From a virus, in IMG/VR virus record IMGVR_UViG_3300008262_000008: a stretch of 64,000 nucleotides of DNA. One strand, 5' to 3'. Within the stretch, counting starts at the first letter, position 1. Every line of letters begins with the position of its first letter. Made by a program: the position numbers and the translations under genes. Under the pieces are notes generated by a model, which ran no database searches, was not told where the DNA came from, and saw nothing but the letters and a program-made list of their open reading frames with translations. Below, one piece after another: positions 15,402 to 25,727 of the stretch.

Positions 15402-17103
15402 GAAGTCCTCCAGTAAATTGTGCTTTTAATTTGTTTGCTTGACCTACTCCACTTTGAGCCAGTAATTCTCTTTCTTCTTTATTAAGTCCAGATCCAAATC
15501 CAACTGATGCACATGCATTATAAAGATTTTGAATTACTCTTCTTTTGATTTTATCATCTGGTATTCCTGCTATAGCTAATGATACTTCAGATGACATCAT
15601 TTTATCTTTCAATAAATTAATATCTTTACCTACAGATTTATCCTTTCTCATGTCTGGCATATTATCACCATTAACTGCTTTCCAAATATCATCCATATAT
15701 GCAGCAACTTGATCATATTGCTCATCAGTAAATTTAACTTTTTGACTTATGAAGTAGTCATCTTTAGTCAAATCTAAATGAGGATGCCTATCTTTTATTT
15801 TATCTAATGCATGAATTCCTTGCTTAGAAGTTTCAGAAATAATAGAGGTAAAAGATTTTGATCCCAATGATCCCATTTTTGCTAATGCTAATGAAGGCAT
15901 TTGTGTTTGGGTATACTCAAGTTCAAGTTGCTTCTTATTTACATTATATTTAATGCGAATATGCTTCTCAGATCCTGGTTTAACTTTACCTATATTACCA
16001 AATAAATTTGCTTGTGCTCTACGAGCTGTCATACCCTTATTCAGTTCAATTGTCTCTAATGTAAAATTAATTTTCATATCACGGTTTCCACCAGTTAATT
16101 CAATGGTAGGATTTTTACTTTTGCCAATAGAAATTCTTTCAATATATTCATTACTATTCAAAACAGTATAGTGAACTTGTGATGGATCTGCTTTAGTTTT
16201 CTTTAGTGAAATAGGAATAATATCTTTTGTTTTAAATTGATTAATTAGAAAGTTATTTAAAAGTGCAACACTTGCTGTTTTTCTATTTGCCGTTTTTCTA
16301 TTTAAATGAACTAAATCTCTAATTCCTGCAGGGGTCATGACCCATATATCTGCAGGGTTCCACTTATCAGGTTGCAATCCTGTATTAGCACGTAAATAAA
16401 TTGCATAAGGATCTCCAGGGGATCCATTACCAAAAATTTTATCATTAAAAATTTTAGCATCAGAAGGGATATTTAATTTGTCAACTAGTGTTTGTGCTGC
16501 TGCTGAAGCACTATCTAACCATGTATCATTACCATCTGAAATTTGTCTAGAGAATGCTCTTAAATTTTTTCTTACTGCAGTGTTTGAAAAAGCAAAACGA
16601 CCTGGTGTTATAATCCTAGATTTAAGTGCATTGTATACTTCAGTTTTAAAATCATCTCCATCACCCACTACATCATGTGTTGCTCTCTTATTATATACAA
16701 GTTGATATGCTAATGCAAATTGAACTAATATTTCACTATAAACCTCTGTATCTCTACCTCCAATTTTAGCAGCATTAGATGCCTTAGTTTCTTTTACATT
16801 ATCTTTCCAGAGTTCAGTAATCTTAACTTTACCACCCTCTACTGTGGGCATTTCAGTATTATACTTATTCAAAAATGCAATGACCTCTCTGGAAGTAGTA
16901 CATTTTGCCATGTCCGCAACAAATTTTTTATGGGCAGCTGCTGTTTTGTATCCTATTACTGCAGCACCATCTTGCCCTTGCGTTCCTTTTTTGAATGGTT
17001 GTTTATCTCTTACCATTTGCCAAAATGATGGCCAATATTTTAGATCTCCACTTTTATGTACTTTGGCTAAATCTGGGGTGCTACCCATTTTTAATTTTGC
17101 CAT
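15385..17103 (-). CDS. Large hypothetical protein, possible PD-(D/E)xK nuclease-fold domain
   Basis: DKWNPADIWV...IIPISLKK spacing fits PD..(D/E)xK; start trimmed to MAKLKMG. Confidence 0.6.
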   Translation of the reverse strand: MAKLKMGSTPDLAKVHKSGDLKYWPSFWQMVRDKQPFKKGTQGQDGAAVIGYKTAAAHKKFVADMAKCTTSREVIAFLNKYNTEMPTVEGGKVKITELWKDNVKETKASNAAKIGGRDTEVYSEILVQFALAYQLVYNKRATHDVVGDGDDFKTEVYNALKSRIITPGRFAFSNTAVRKNLRAFSRQISDGNDTWLDSASAAAQTLVDKLNIPSDAKIFNDKIFGNGSPGDPYAIYLRANTGLQPDKWNPADIWVMTPAGIRDLVHLNRKTANRKTASVALLNNFLINQFKTKDIIPISLKKTKADPSQVHYTVLNSNEYIERISIGKSKNPTIELTGGNRDMKINFTLETIELNKGMTARRAQANLFGNIGKVKPGSEKHIRIKYNVNKKQLELEYTQTQMPSLALAKMGSLGSKSFTSIISETSKQGIHALDKIKDRHPHLDLTKDDYFISQKVKFTDEQYDQVAAYMDDIWKAVNGDNMPDMRKDKSVGKDINLLKDKMMSSEVSLAIAGIPDDKIKRRVIQNLYNACASVGFGSGLNKEERELLAQSGVGQANKLKAQFTGGLHVKVY

Positions 17104-17147
17104 AGAAAAAGTCCCTCCCTTCAATAATATTTAGAAGAGAGGGACTT
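17104..17147 (-). promoter_or_regulatory. 13-bp hairpin with a late promoter (CTAAATA) in the loop and the SD in the 3' arm
   Basis: AAGTCCCTCTCTT-CTAAATATTATTG-AAGGGAGGGACTT-TTTCT-ATG. Confidence 0.7.
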
Positions 17148-17151
17148 AGTA

Positions 17152-17613
17152 TTATCGATCATCAGCAGATCGATTTTCAGATCGATCTACGCTAAACATT
17201 TCTCCAGGATAACGCTTCATAAGTTTAACAGTATTGGTAACAATAACATCTTCAATGCGAACACCTAGAGCCATACATGCTTGAGAAAAATACCACATAA
17301 CATCTCCAAGTTCAATCAAAAGATGTTCTTTATTATCTTCACTATATGGTTTACCTTGGAAGATAATCTTCTTTACAATCTCAGTAAACTCACCTGCTTC
17401 GGCAGACATACCAACAGCAGCAGTCAAAAGACGAGGAACATCAGCGCCATATGCTTGAAGTTCTTGAACTCGATTAATGAACGCTCCAGTATTAGTACTG
17501 GCATCACTAGTAGTTTTATTTACAAACTCAAGATACCTGTCAGTATCAACATCAAATTTACCCTCAACCTCTGCAGCGTTGAGATCTTTTTCCAGAATTT
17601 CTTTTACGGTCAT
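17152..17613 (-). CDS. mazG: MazG-like nucleoside triphosphate pyrophosphohydrolase
   Basis: LLTAAVGMSAEAGEFTEIVKK...ELGDVMWY...KLMKRYP. Confidence 0.92.
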   Translation of the reverse strand: MTVKEILEKDLNAAEVEGKFDVDTDRYLEFVNKTTSDASTNTGAFINRVQELQAYGADVPRLLTAAVGMSAEAGEFTEIVKKIIFQGKPYSEDNKEHLLIELGDVMWYFSQACMALGVRIEDVIVTNTVKLMKRYPGEMFSVDRSENRSADDR

Positions 17614-17614
17614 T

Positions 17615-18997
17615 TTAAAACTTCAAATCTACAAAGGACTTTTTGCGAAACTTACTTTCAGTTTCATCTTCATAATCATCTTGCCCAGAATCAATAATGT
17701 CTTTCTGTGCTGATTGATCTACATCATACAACTTCATCTTAGATCTGTCAACCCCAATGATGAACTTCCTATTTGATGTTGGATCATTATATCTATTTTT
17801 GAGTTGCTTTACACAAATTTGACCTAGTTCTTCTAGTTCTTCAGTACTAATAAGAGCAAACATAAAATCGGCAGTAGCAGGAAGACCAAAAGATTCAGAT
17901 GTATCTGTAAGATCAACATCAGTATTACTATAACCACTACGAGTAGTTTGAGTAGCAGATACAATAGGTACATTATGCTCAACTGCCATACCTCTAAGTT
18001 CTTCAGCAATTGCTTTAACATAGGTATAAGAATTTACAATAGTTCCCTTATACCTAGAACTTGCACAAATATTCAAGTAATCAATAAAAATAATATCTGG
18101 TCGAAAAGATTTCTTCAATGAAAGTTCATTAAGTAAAGACTTAAAATGACCAGAGTGAGCAGAGGCAGTCGGATATTCTTTAATAATAAGTTTGCCTTGC
18201 GTCTTCTTAGATAAGGAGTTAATCTTATTTTCATATAATTGTTTTGGCAGAGTTTCTAAATCTCGTATTGAGATATTCAATAGATTGGCATCAATCCTTT
18301 CTGCAATACGTTCTTCTGCCATCTCCAAAGTAATGTATAAAACATTCTTACCTTGCAACAATGCAGCTGCCGCGACATGACACATGAAAAGAGATTTGCC
18401 AACGCCTGTGCCAGCAAGACAAATATTCAAAGTCTTAGACGGAAGACCACCTTTAGTAATCTTATTAAAGAATTCTAAATCGAACGGAATTTTTTCTTCT
18501 TTACGATGATAGAAGTCGTAACGATCTGATGCATCAATAATATAATCATGACCAACATGATCATCAAAACTGACACTCAGGGCAGTTGAAAGGATATCTG
18601 GAATTGCATCTCTAGTCATCTTACTATCTTTGCCATCGGCAATCCTGACACTTTCCAGGAGTGCCAAGTAGATAGCACGTTCTTTACACCAAGATTCAGT
18701 AGTATTTAATTTCCATTCATAATCCCACTCATCTTCAGGAAGATTTGTTAGAACATTTACAACCTCAGAATATCCATCTTGAGATAGATCAACTCTTTTA
18801 CCTGTTTGAATTTGTAGAGCATTTGCTGTAGGGAGAGACTGATACTGATTGACAAAAGTATTGATTTCTTCAAATAATACTTTATCAGAGTGATCCTCAA
18901 AATAATCCTTCTTCAAAAAAGGAAGAACCTTACGAGTATACTTTTCATCATAAAGTAAGTTAGCAAGAACTAGGTGTTCAATCTTTCCACTAAACAT
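17615..18997 (-). CDS. gp41: T4-like replicative helicase gp41
   Basis: Walker A AGTGVGKS, DYLNI, SATQTTRSG, KQLKNRY. Confidence 0.96.
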   Translation of the reverse strand: MFSGKIEHLVLANLLYDEKYTRKVLPFLKKDYFEDHSDKVLFEEINTFVNQYQSLPTANALQIQTGKRVDLSQDGYSEVVNVLTNLPEDEWDYEWKLNTTESWCKERAIYLALLESVRIADGKDSKMTRDAIPDILSTALSVSFDDHVGHDYIIDASDRYDFYHRKEEKIPFDLEFFNKITKGGLPSKTLNICLAGTGVGKSLFMCHVAAAALLQGKNVLYITLEMAEERIAERIDANLLNISIRDLETLPKQLYENKINSLSKKTQGKLIIKEYPTASAHSGHFKSLLNELSLKKSFRPDIIFIDYLNICASSRYKGTIVNSYTYVKAIAEELRGMAVEHNVPIVSATQTTRSGYSNTDVDLTDTSESFGLPATADFMFALISTEELEELGQICVKQLKNRYNDPTSNRKFIIGVDRSKMKLYDVDQSAQKDIIDSGQDDYEDETESKFRKKSFVDLKF

Positions 18998-19583
18998 AAT
19001 GTAAATAACTCCCAGCAATATATTTGGTTCCAGAAATAGGAGGTCTCCCCGCATGAGGGAACATCCATAATGGAGGGAACACCAGTATGCTACCACACTT
19101 TGGTTTGATATGCAAGTTTAGTGAAGGAAAGGAAGTTTCCCCTCCTTCCTCCACATCATTCAAATATAAAAAGAATACTAAAAATCTTCTAGCAGAATTG
19201 TAATTACCTACATCAACATGCTCTTTGAATTGTTCTTTGCCATTATTGAGATAACGCTTTATTCTAATCTGCTCTAGAGCATAATCCTCTGGAAATTCTC
19301 CGTTAATGAGAAGATCTTTTTGATACTGCCTAACAGCAAATGCAGTAGCATTTTGAATGACTGCATGATGTTCACTCCAAGGATCATTGATATTTCCATT
19401 CTCTAATTCTTGAGCAAGATATTGAGTAATATTTAATTGAGTGAAAGTTGGACGTTGCTCTCTATCATGATATTCATGTAGGTATACATCTTCTTCAAAT
19501 TTATTAATTATTTTGGAACACAGTTCTTTATCTACAACATCATCATATACTTTAATAAAGTCTGGTAATGTTTTTCCTATCAT
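18990..19583 (-). CDS. 2OG-Fe(II) oxygenase (prolyl-hydroxylase-like)
   Basis: FKEHVD...[13 protein letters not shown]...PHAG...KY (HxD...H...K). Confidence 0.9.
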   Translation of the reverse strand: MIGKTLPDFIKVYDDVVDKELCSKIINKFEEDVYLHEYHDREQRPTFTQLNITQYLAQELENGNINDPWSEHHAVIQNATAFAVRQYQKDLLINGEFPEDYALEQIRIKRYLNNGKEQFKEHVDVGNYNSARRFLVFFLYLNDVEEGGETSFPSLNLHIKPKCGSILVFPPLWMFPHAGRPPISGTKYIAGSYLHYV

Positions 19584-20626
19584 ACTTCTTCCTCTTGGTC
19601 CGAACTATCTACTGAACTTTGACCATAACTAAATTCTTTTTTAGCAGATTCGTCAAGTGCTTGCATAATCTCTGGAGTAAAATATTTTTTAGGATCAGCA
19701 AGAATAGTTTTTGCAAAAGTTTTTACGCCATTGATTTCATAACGTCCTGCCGACTTAGAGAAGACACCATACTTTTCACCAAGTTCTAGCAGACCATAAT
19801 AAGGATCTAATCCACAATCATAGAATAAACGAGTTTCTGCTACAGAATTCTCTTTGGTAAATCTAGATTTCTGTGCTTTGCATTTGATGATATTACCTAC
19901 AACTACAGTGCCATCTTTTTCTTTAGACTTAGAAAGATAAATGATTGTAGATGCTGCATATTTCAGACCGCTACCACCGCCCATTTCTTTGGTAGGAACG
20001 TAAGCGCCAACAACATCATAGGTATGATTAGTAACGAGCATCGGGATATTTGCCTTACCAAGTTTCAGTGTCAGTACACGGAATACAGATTTGGTAACTT
20101 GGGCTCTAGTCATATCACGGGTCTCTTTACCTTCAGAACTATCCTCAATTTCTTTTGTAGTTGAAAGATTACCAAGACTGTCAAGCACAAACATCAATGG
20201 TTTACGATCAGATTGTTTCTGTTCTAAGAATTTATCAACAATCTTAAGAGCTTGAGTTCTAAATTCTTGAACTGTCACTACAGGAACAATGATCATACGC
20301 TTACTATCAATTCCACGTTCCTCAATCATCTGCTTTGTAATTGCAGATTCAGATTCAAAGTAAATAACTCCTGCTTCTGGATTACTATCCAAAAAATGTT
20401 TTACAATACTCAAACAGAAAAAAGTCTTACCAGTGGAAGTTTCACCAGCAAGAGCAGTAATTTTATTGGAAGGAATGCCACCGTAAATAGATCCAGACAA
20501 CAAAGCATTTAAGATATAACTTCCTGTATCGATAAATTGATCACAATCACCAGTAGAAACACCATCAGCAACAATGGATGCGTATTCATTTTTAATTTCT
20601 TTTACGATATCTTGTAGAAAATTCAT
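19580..20626 (-). CDS. uvsX: UvsX RecA-like recombinase
   Basis: [14 protein letters not shown] Walker [19 protein letters not shown]. Confidence 0.95.
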   Translation of the reverse strand: MNFLQDIVKEIKNEYASIVADGVSTGDCDQFIDTGSYILNALLSGSIYGGIPSNKITALAGETSTGKTFFCLSIVKHFLDSNPEAGVIYFESESAITKQMIEERGIDSKRMIIVPVVTVQEFRTQALKIVDKFLEQKQSDRKPLMFVLDSLGNLSTTKEIEDSSEGKETRDMTRAQVTKSVFRVLTLKLGKANIPMLVTNHTYDVVGAYVPTKEMGGGSGLKYAASTIIYLSKSKEKDGTVVVGNIIKCKAQKSRFTKENSVAETRLFYDCGLDPYYGLLELGEKYGVFSKSAGRYEINGVKTFAKTILADPKKYFTPEIMQALDESAKKEFSYGQSSVDSSDQEEEV

Positions 20627-20628
20627 AA

Positions 20629-21204
20629 TTACTCCTTTACTTTAATGTTTAAGTTTGTTAGTTCAGTTGTGTCTCCAAACATTCCGTCAGCAAATATATT
20701 AAAAGATACTGATAGTCTGTCGTCTTCATTCCAGTTTGTTGCTTCATGTTGTAAATAAGATGGGAATATTAAACATGTTCCTCGCACACCCATCATTGCT
20801 TTAGCGATACTGTTAATATCGTTTTGTTCTTTTGTTTTGGGATACATCATCCACTGCTGTTGCCCATAAAAAATAATAGGACTATTTACATAATCAGGAT
20901 ACCATACTCCAGAAAGTAAACTATTTGGATGAAAATGTTTTTTCAATCCTGATTGTGCTGGTAGACGATTGCACCACATAGAGCAAATAACTGGATTAAC
21001 ATCTACCCACAACATTTCATTGAAACATTCCTGAGCAAAATTTCGTATGTGAAATGTTAATTCATTAAAAGCATCTTGCTTATGAAGATCTCCAATACTT
21101 TGAGTTGCAGAAATATTTTGAATATATCTAACAATTTCTAATCTATTAGAAGGCTCAAATTGAGTTTCAAACACAGGTGTAGGAAACAAATTATGTAGTC
21201 TCAT
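20629..21204 (-). CDS. 2OG-Fe(II) oxygenase family protein
   Basis: [33 protein letters not shown]. Confidence 0.85.
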   Translation of the reverse strand: MRLHNLFPTPVFETQFEPSNRLEIVRYIQNISATQSIGDLHKQDAFNELTFHIRNFAQECFNEMLWVDVNPVICSMWCNRLPAQSGLKKHFHPNSLLSGVWYPDYVNSPIIFYGQQQWMMYPKTKEQNDINSIAKAMMGVRGTCLIFPSYLQHEATNWNEDDRLSVSFNIFADGMFGDTTELTNLNIKVKE

Positions 21205-23696
21205 CCAAATAGTGCCTCCAAAGTATTGACTTTTTCTGCTTTCCAACCGATAGTATCCAAAATTGTCTTCAGTGGTTCCAGAAAACTTTTGTCAAATTGT
21301 AGATCATAATCTATAGATTTGTCAAGTCCTAATTCAACAGGAAATGTTTGAATAAACGCAATCACATTTTCATTAATTTTATTGGGAGTTCTAAGCATAA
21401 TAAACTTAATCTTTTCACCCTCTTGAATTAATGGATACTTGTGAGTAAGATTATTCTTTTTGATGTAATAGTTATACAACAATGATCCCCTTGCGTTAAT
21501 TGGAGTTCCCTTACTATAAATCTGTTTGGGATCATGGTATTTTTTCAATCCATTAACACTGCGAGGGAATGAGATAAGTTCTGGAGGAAGACTAGAAAAT
21601 TCCTTTCTAAAATCTTTAATGAATTTTTGCAGATCCTCTTCAGTTTTTGTCATGATAACTTTCAGAGCATCCTTAATCTTCTGACGGCAAGGTGCAGGTG
21701 TTGAAGATTTAATTGCCTCAATACCCATAATCTTAAGTTTGGGTTGTTCATAACGAACACCTTCACTGTCCCAGACATTCAGAATGTATCGTTTTTTGGC
21801 AGTCCAGATACCTTTATCTGCAATGTTCTCTCGCTTCATGATCATCTTCTGATCATAGGCATTCACATACGAAGCCAGTTCTTGGTAGCGACTTTCAATA
21901 TACTTTTCAAGTTCCACCTGACAGACCTTATCAAGGAACGTGACAATGCCTTCAGTAGTTTTCTCTCTTCCCTGGTATACACGTTCAACCAAAGGACCCA
22001 TATTGAGATAAATGCTATCGGTATCCACAGCAATAACATAATCAGTGTTCTCCGTTTTTAAAATTTTGTTTAGATACTCATTCATCTTATTTTCAATCCA
22101 ACGAATTGAAAGTTGTCCCGAAAGAGTAATTGCCTCGGCATTTGCAAGATTATAATAACGAAAATATTGATTGCCAATAGCACCATAGGCAGAGTTCAGT
22201 TGGATCTTTCTTGCCATCTGAATGTTATTATACTTCGCAATATCTTTAACTAGTTGAGGATCTTTAGTCTTCTCATACTCCTGCTTAGCAGCAATCATTT
22301 TCTTCTTATAGATGGTACGTTCATCATAAATTTTTTGCATCATCTTAGGAAGAAATCCCTGATACTCTGTTGTATACATAGCACCATTTGCACAGACTGT
22401 AGAATCAGTAAGGCAACTCAAATCAATTTGGCAGTTAAGTAACTTATCAACATTCACTCCAGAGAAACGTTTTGGTAAAAGAGTTTCTGGTGAAATATTA
22501 TATTGCATAATAAGGTGTGGGTATAGTGAATTCAAATCAAAGTTGACTACCCAATTATAAAGTCCAGGAGCAGGTTCCTTAACAAAAGCTCCTGCGTATT
22601 TGTCATCTTTACTTGCGGCATCACGAGGAGGTACAACAATATTATCCTTTTTCAGAAAATTATAAATCAGAGTATCCCACATACGAACCTGAGAATACAC
22701 ATCCTCAAAATTTACCTTTGCATCATATGCCATTGTAATTGCCAGTTCAATCAATTTCATCTTGTCTTCTAGACGATCAACAAGTTCTACGTCATGAATG
22801 TTATACTCAATAAACTTTTGCCATCCATTTGTATAAAAATCACGGAAAGTTTCAAATTCACTATGATCCAACTTACGTTGATCCAATTCAACTTCAGCAA
22901 TATAATCTAGTCTATAACTTTCTTGAGCAGAGTAAGTAAACTTTTTATAGAGATCCAAATAATCTAGAATAGATACACCAAGAATACTATAAGAAGTATA
23001 TTTTCTACCCTGAATAATAATCTCATTTGCATTCACCCTGCTCCATGGCGAAAGAGATTTCATGTGTTTTTCAGTCAAAACTTTTTCAATACGACGGCAA
23101 ATAAAAGGTATGTCGAATAGGTTGATATTCCATCCAGTAACAATATCTGGAGTATTTTGAACCCAGTACTGTAGAAACTTCATCAGTAAATCTTGTTCAT
23201 CATCACAGAGAACAAACTTTACATCCTTTCTAGTGTTTTGATATGGATTTACACCCCATACAACAATTTGTTTGGTATTAAAACATTTGATTGTAATACA
23301 AAGAATTTCTTCCAGTGCTTCTTCAACAGAAGGAAATCCATTTTCTGAGGTAGTTTCAATGTCAATAGTATACAATTTAATTTGTGAAATATCATAATGC
23401 ATTTCATCCTCAGGATGTTGCTCAGCAATATACTGATAAACAAACCTTTCATTTCCATAAACAGAAAAATTCTCCATAGAGGAATACTTGGATATAAAAT
23501 CCCGTGCCTCCCTTGGAGAATCAAATCTGATAGGTTTTACATACAATCCATCAAGTGTTTTATACTTTGTTTTCTTAGGTGATTGTACGAACATAGTTGG
23601 AGAGAATGGTTCTTTCACAGTAACTTGTTCTTCTCTATCATATCCACGATAGAGAATGTTATCACCCAGTAGTTGAACATTAGTATAGAACTTCAT
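21201..23696 (-). CDS. gp43: Family B DNA polymerase gp43
   Basis: DIET exonuclease motif, DLNSLYPH, KIQLNSAYG, AVDTDSIY; uninterrupted. Confidence 0.98.
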   Translation of the reverse strand: MKFYTNVQLLGDNILYRGYDREEQVTVKEPFSPTMFVQSPKKTKYKTLDGLYVKPIRFDSPREARDFISKYSSMENFSVYGNERFVYQYIAEQHPEDEMHYDISQIKLYTIDIETTSENGFPSVEEALEEILCITIKCFNTKQIVVWGVNPYQNTRKDVKFVLCDDEQDLLMKFLQYWVQNTPDIVTGWNINLFDIPFICRRIEKVLTEKHMKSLSPWSRVNANEIIIQGRKYTSYSILGVSILDYLDLYKKFTYSAQESYRLDYIAEVELDQRKLDHSEFETFRDFYTNGWQKFIEYNIHDVELVDRLEDKMKLIELAITMAYDAKVNFEDVYSQVRMWDTLIYNFLKKDNIVVPPRDAASKDDKYAGAFVKEPAPGLYNWVVNFDLNSLYPHLIMQYNISPETLLPKRFSGVNVDKLLNCQIDLSCLTDSTVCANGAMYTTEYQGFLPKMMQKIYDERTIYKKKMIAAKQEYEKTKDPQLVKDIAKYNNIQMARKIQLNSAYGAIGNQYFRYYNLANAEAITLSGQLSIRWIENKMNEYLNKILKTENTDYVIAVDTDSIYLNMGPLVERVYQGREKTTEGIVTFLDKVCQVELEKYIESRYQELASYVNAYDQKMIMKRENIADKGIWTAKKRYILNVWDSEGVRYEQPKLKIMGIEAIKSSTPAPCRQKIKDALKVIMTKTEEDLQKFIKDFRKEFSSLPPELISFPRSVNGLKKYHDPKQIYSKGTPINARGSLLYNYYIKKNNLTHKYPLIQEGEKIKFIMLRTPNKINENVIAFIQTFPVELGLDKSIDYDLQFDKSFLEPLKTILDTIGWKAEKVNTLEALFG

Positions 23697-24067
23697 TCCT
23701 TCTCCAAATACTTTTTATACAGTCCAAGGATTGCTTCCTCAGGATCCAGTATAGTAGCAATGGCGTCAGATGTCAAGAAGATTTCACGTTGAGTAGTGTA
23801 TTTTGGGTACTTCTGTAAGATTACATATTCATAAACATAGTAATCCTTTTCACCTTCATCAACTTTTTTAGCAGTTACTTTCAAATGTGTTCCCTCTAAT
23901 GAGTGAGCACGTTTTTCAATCTCTGCTGCATCTGTTCCATATTCAGCACACTCGACAATTTTATAACAATTTTCAAATAAAAACATTGGTTCTTCATCAA
24001 GTTCTGTTACTTGGCCAATGTAATAATTTTCATCACCCCGTAATAATAGGACTTTCGCTTGTTCCAT
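23693..24067 (-). CDS. Hypothetical protein
   Basis: ORF track, overlaps the gp43 start. Confidence 0.7.
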   Translation of the reverse strand: MEQAKVLLLRGDENYYIGQVTELDEEPMFLFENCYKIVECAEYGTDAAEIEKRAHSLEGTHLKVTAKKVDEGEKDYYVYEYVILQKYPKYTTQREIFLTSDAIATILDPEEAILGLYKKYLEKE

Positions 24068-24422
24068 TCTTTGCTCCAACTAATTGATTGTACTTATTAA
24101 CAACCTCGGCATGAGGTTCATAAATTGAAATTACTTCTGAAAGAGAAACTACAAATTTTCTATCTGCACTAAGAGGAGCCCAGGGAAACAAATTAAGTCT
24201 AATATCATTAATTTTTTGTGGTTCGTCACTTCCTTCAAGTAAAATCTGTGCGCTTTCTTGATCTACCCAAACATTATAGGGTTCAGTAAATTGAAAAGCA
24301 ACTACTCTTTCGGGAGAAGGCATATTATTATTCATCATAATAGAACTACCTTGCTCTACGATTTCACTGATATCACAGATAACGTCTTCACCTGTTCTTA
24401 GTTTTGCGATTTTTACGGTCAT
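24033..24422 (-). CDS. Conserved T4-like hypothetical protein (Sm-like fold possible)
   Basis: MTVKIAKLRTGEDVICDI...LFPWAPLS pattern. Confidence 0.7.
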   Translation of the reverse strand: MTVKIAKLRTGEDVICDISEIVEQGSSIMMNNNMPSPERVVAFQFTEPYNVWVDQESAQILLEGSDEPQKINDIRLNLFPWAPLSADRKFVVSLSEVISIYEPHAEVVNKYNQLVGAKNGTSESPIITG

Positions 24423-24618
24423 ACCTTTTACCAGAAATAATGTTTACAGATTCGTTTACAATCTCTTTAAGAGATTTATGTTCAGTAATATTTTTTTGTT
24501 GTGAAATTGCTCTAGCGTGTGCTAAAAGATAATCCATCACTTGTGGATGTGTTTCAACTGTAATCGTATCAGTTGTATCTTCGTACCCACTAGGAACTAA
24601 ATTAAAATAAAAATTCAT
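24388..24618 (-). CDS. Hypothetical protein (early)
   Basis: Start trimmed to MNFYFNL, downstream of a sigma70 promoter. Confidence 0.65.
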   Translation of the reverse strand: MNFYFNLVPSGYEDTTDTITVETHPQVMDYLLAHARAISQQKNITEHKSLKEIVNESVNIISGKRYDRKNRKTKNR

Positions 24619-24628
24619 GTTCATCTCC

Positions 24629-24657
24629 ATTATACACACAAAAAAGGGAGGGGTCAA
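24629..24657 (-). promoter_or_regulatory. Early sigma70-type promoter overlapping the hsp20 terminator
   Basis: TTGACC-17 nt-TATAAT; hairpin AGGGAG..GGG/CCC.CTCCCT followed by a T run. Confidence 0.8.
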
Positions 24658-24689
24658 GCCCTTCTCCCTTATTCTGTTTGTTTTATTTA

Positions 24690-25145
24690 TCAACTTTCTG
24701 CAAGTAGTTGTGGGGCGCTGCCCTTAATATTGTAAGTTGTTTTCTTTTGATGTTCTGGAATAATCTTCTCCAAGTCGATTGTTAGTAGTCCATCTTCAAA
24801 TCTTACCTCTTGTACTCTTACGTCTTCAGACAATTGCCAAGATCTGTTGAAACTTCTTTTTGATAATCCTTTGTGCAAGTAAGTTCTTGTAGTATCTCTG
24901 TCCTCAACTTTAGAGGCAACTCTGAGAATGTTTTGTTCAGTAGAGACTTCGATCTCTTCTCTTTTAAATCCTGCAAGCGCAACTTCAATAGTGAAATTAC
25001 TCGAGTCATGTTTGATTAGGTTGTAAGGTGGATAGTTGATGTTGTGACCAGATAGTGCATCTAATCTATTAAAAACATCATCCAGACCTACAGCGTGTGG
25101 TGCGTATTCTTTCCAAAAAGTATCCAATGTAGTGGTAGTAAGCAT
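24690..25145 (-). CDS. hsp20: Small heat shock protein (Hsp20/IbpA family)
   Basis: YPPYNLI, IEVALAGF, YLHKGLSKRSF, DGLLTI alpha-crystallin motifs. Confidence 0.95.
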   Translation of the reverse strand: MLTTTTLDTFWKEYAPHAVGLDDVFNRLDALSGHNINYPPYNLIKHDSSNFTIEVALAGFKREEIEVSTEQNILRVASKVEDRDTTRTYLHKGLSKRSFNRSWQLSEDVRVQEVRFEDGLLTIDLEKIIPEHQKKTTYNIKGSAPQLLAES

Positions 25146-25200
25146 TCTACTTCTCCTTAAATAAGCGAGTTGTTTGTAGTGGACCCCGAAGGCATCCGAA
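25146..25200 (-). promoter_or_regulatory. Putative ROSE-like RNA thermometer in the hsp20 leader
   Basis: C(UUCG)G hairpin, then CTCGCTT-ATTT-AAGGAG pairing the SD with a bulged G. Confidence 0.55.
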
Positions 25201-25203
25201 AGA

Positions 25204-25220
25204 TATTTATAGCATAAATA
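25204..25220. promoter_or_regulatory. Back-to-back divergent late promoters
   Basis: TATAAATA on minus (25204-25211) and CATAAATA on plus (25213-25220). Confidence 0.75.
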
Positions 25221-25259
25221 CCTCAGGTCGTCATTTAAACATTTTAGGAGAAACCGAAC

Positions 25260-25727
25260 ATGAAAAAGGTAATCACCGCACTTGCGGCATCCTTTTTCGT
25301 TATGCCTTCGTCATTCGCAGCTGAAATTACTTCGAGAATTACTGATTCAGTACAGTTGGGTGTGCAGGGTGCAGCAGTTCAATCAACGAGAATTGGGGCT
25401 TCATATTCTGCCTCAGGTACAAATATTCAAGCAACTTCATTTGGTGGAGTTGGTGGTGCTGGAACTTATGATATCAATACAGCAGGTCAAGCATTTACTT
25501 TCTCAGAAAGTTTCAATGCTGCTGATGCTATCGTAACAGATCAAACAGTTACAAGTGGTGTTATTGGAACTCCAAATCTTTATGGAGATAGTGTTACTCA
25601 GTTAGCAGGAGACAAAGGTTCTCTCGCTGGTACTCTATCTGCTACTGGTGTTCCCACTATAACTGCTGGTGGTGCTGGAACTACAGGAACAGCACAACGT
25701 AGTATCGAATTGAGCGTATTCAAATGA
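25260..25727 (+). CDS. Exported hypothetical protein
   Basis: Signal-peptide-like N-terminus; G/T/A/S-rich mature part; AGGAG SD. Confidence 0.8.
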   Translation: MKKVITALAASFFVMPSSFAAEITSRITDSVQLGVQGAAVQSTRIGASYSASGTNIQATSFGGVGGAGTYDINTAGQAFTFSESFNAADAIVTDQTVTSGVIGTPNLYGDSVTQLAGDKGSLAGTLSATGVPTITAGGAGTTGTAQRSIELSVFK

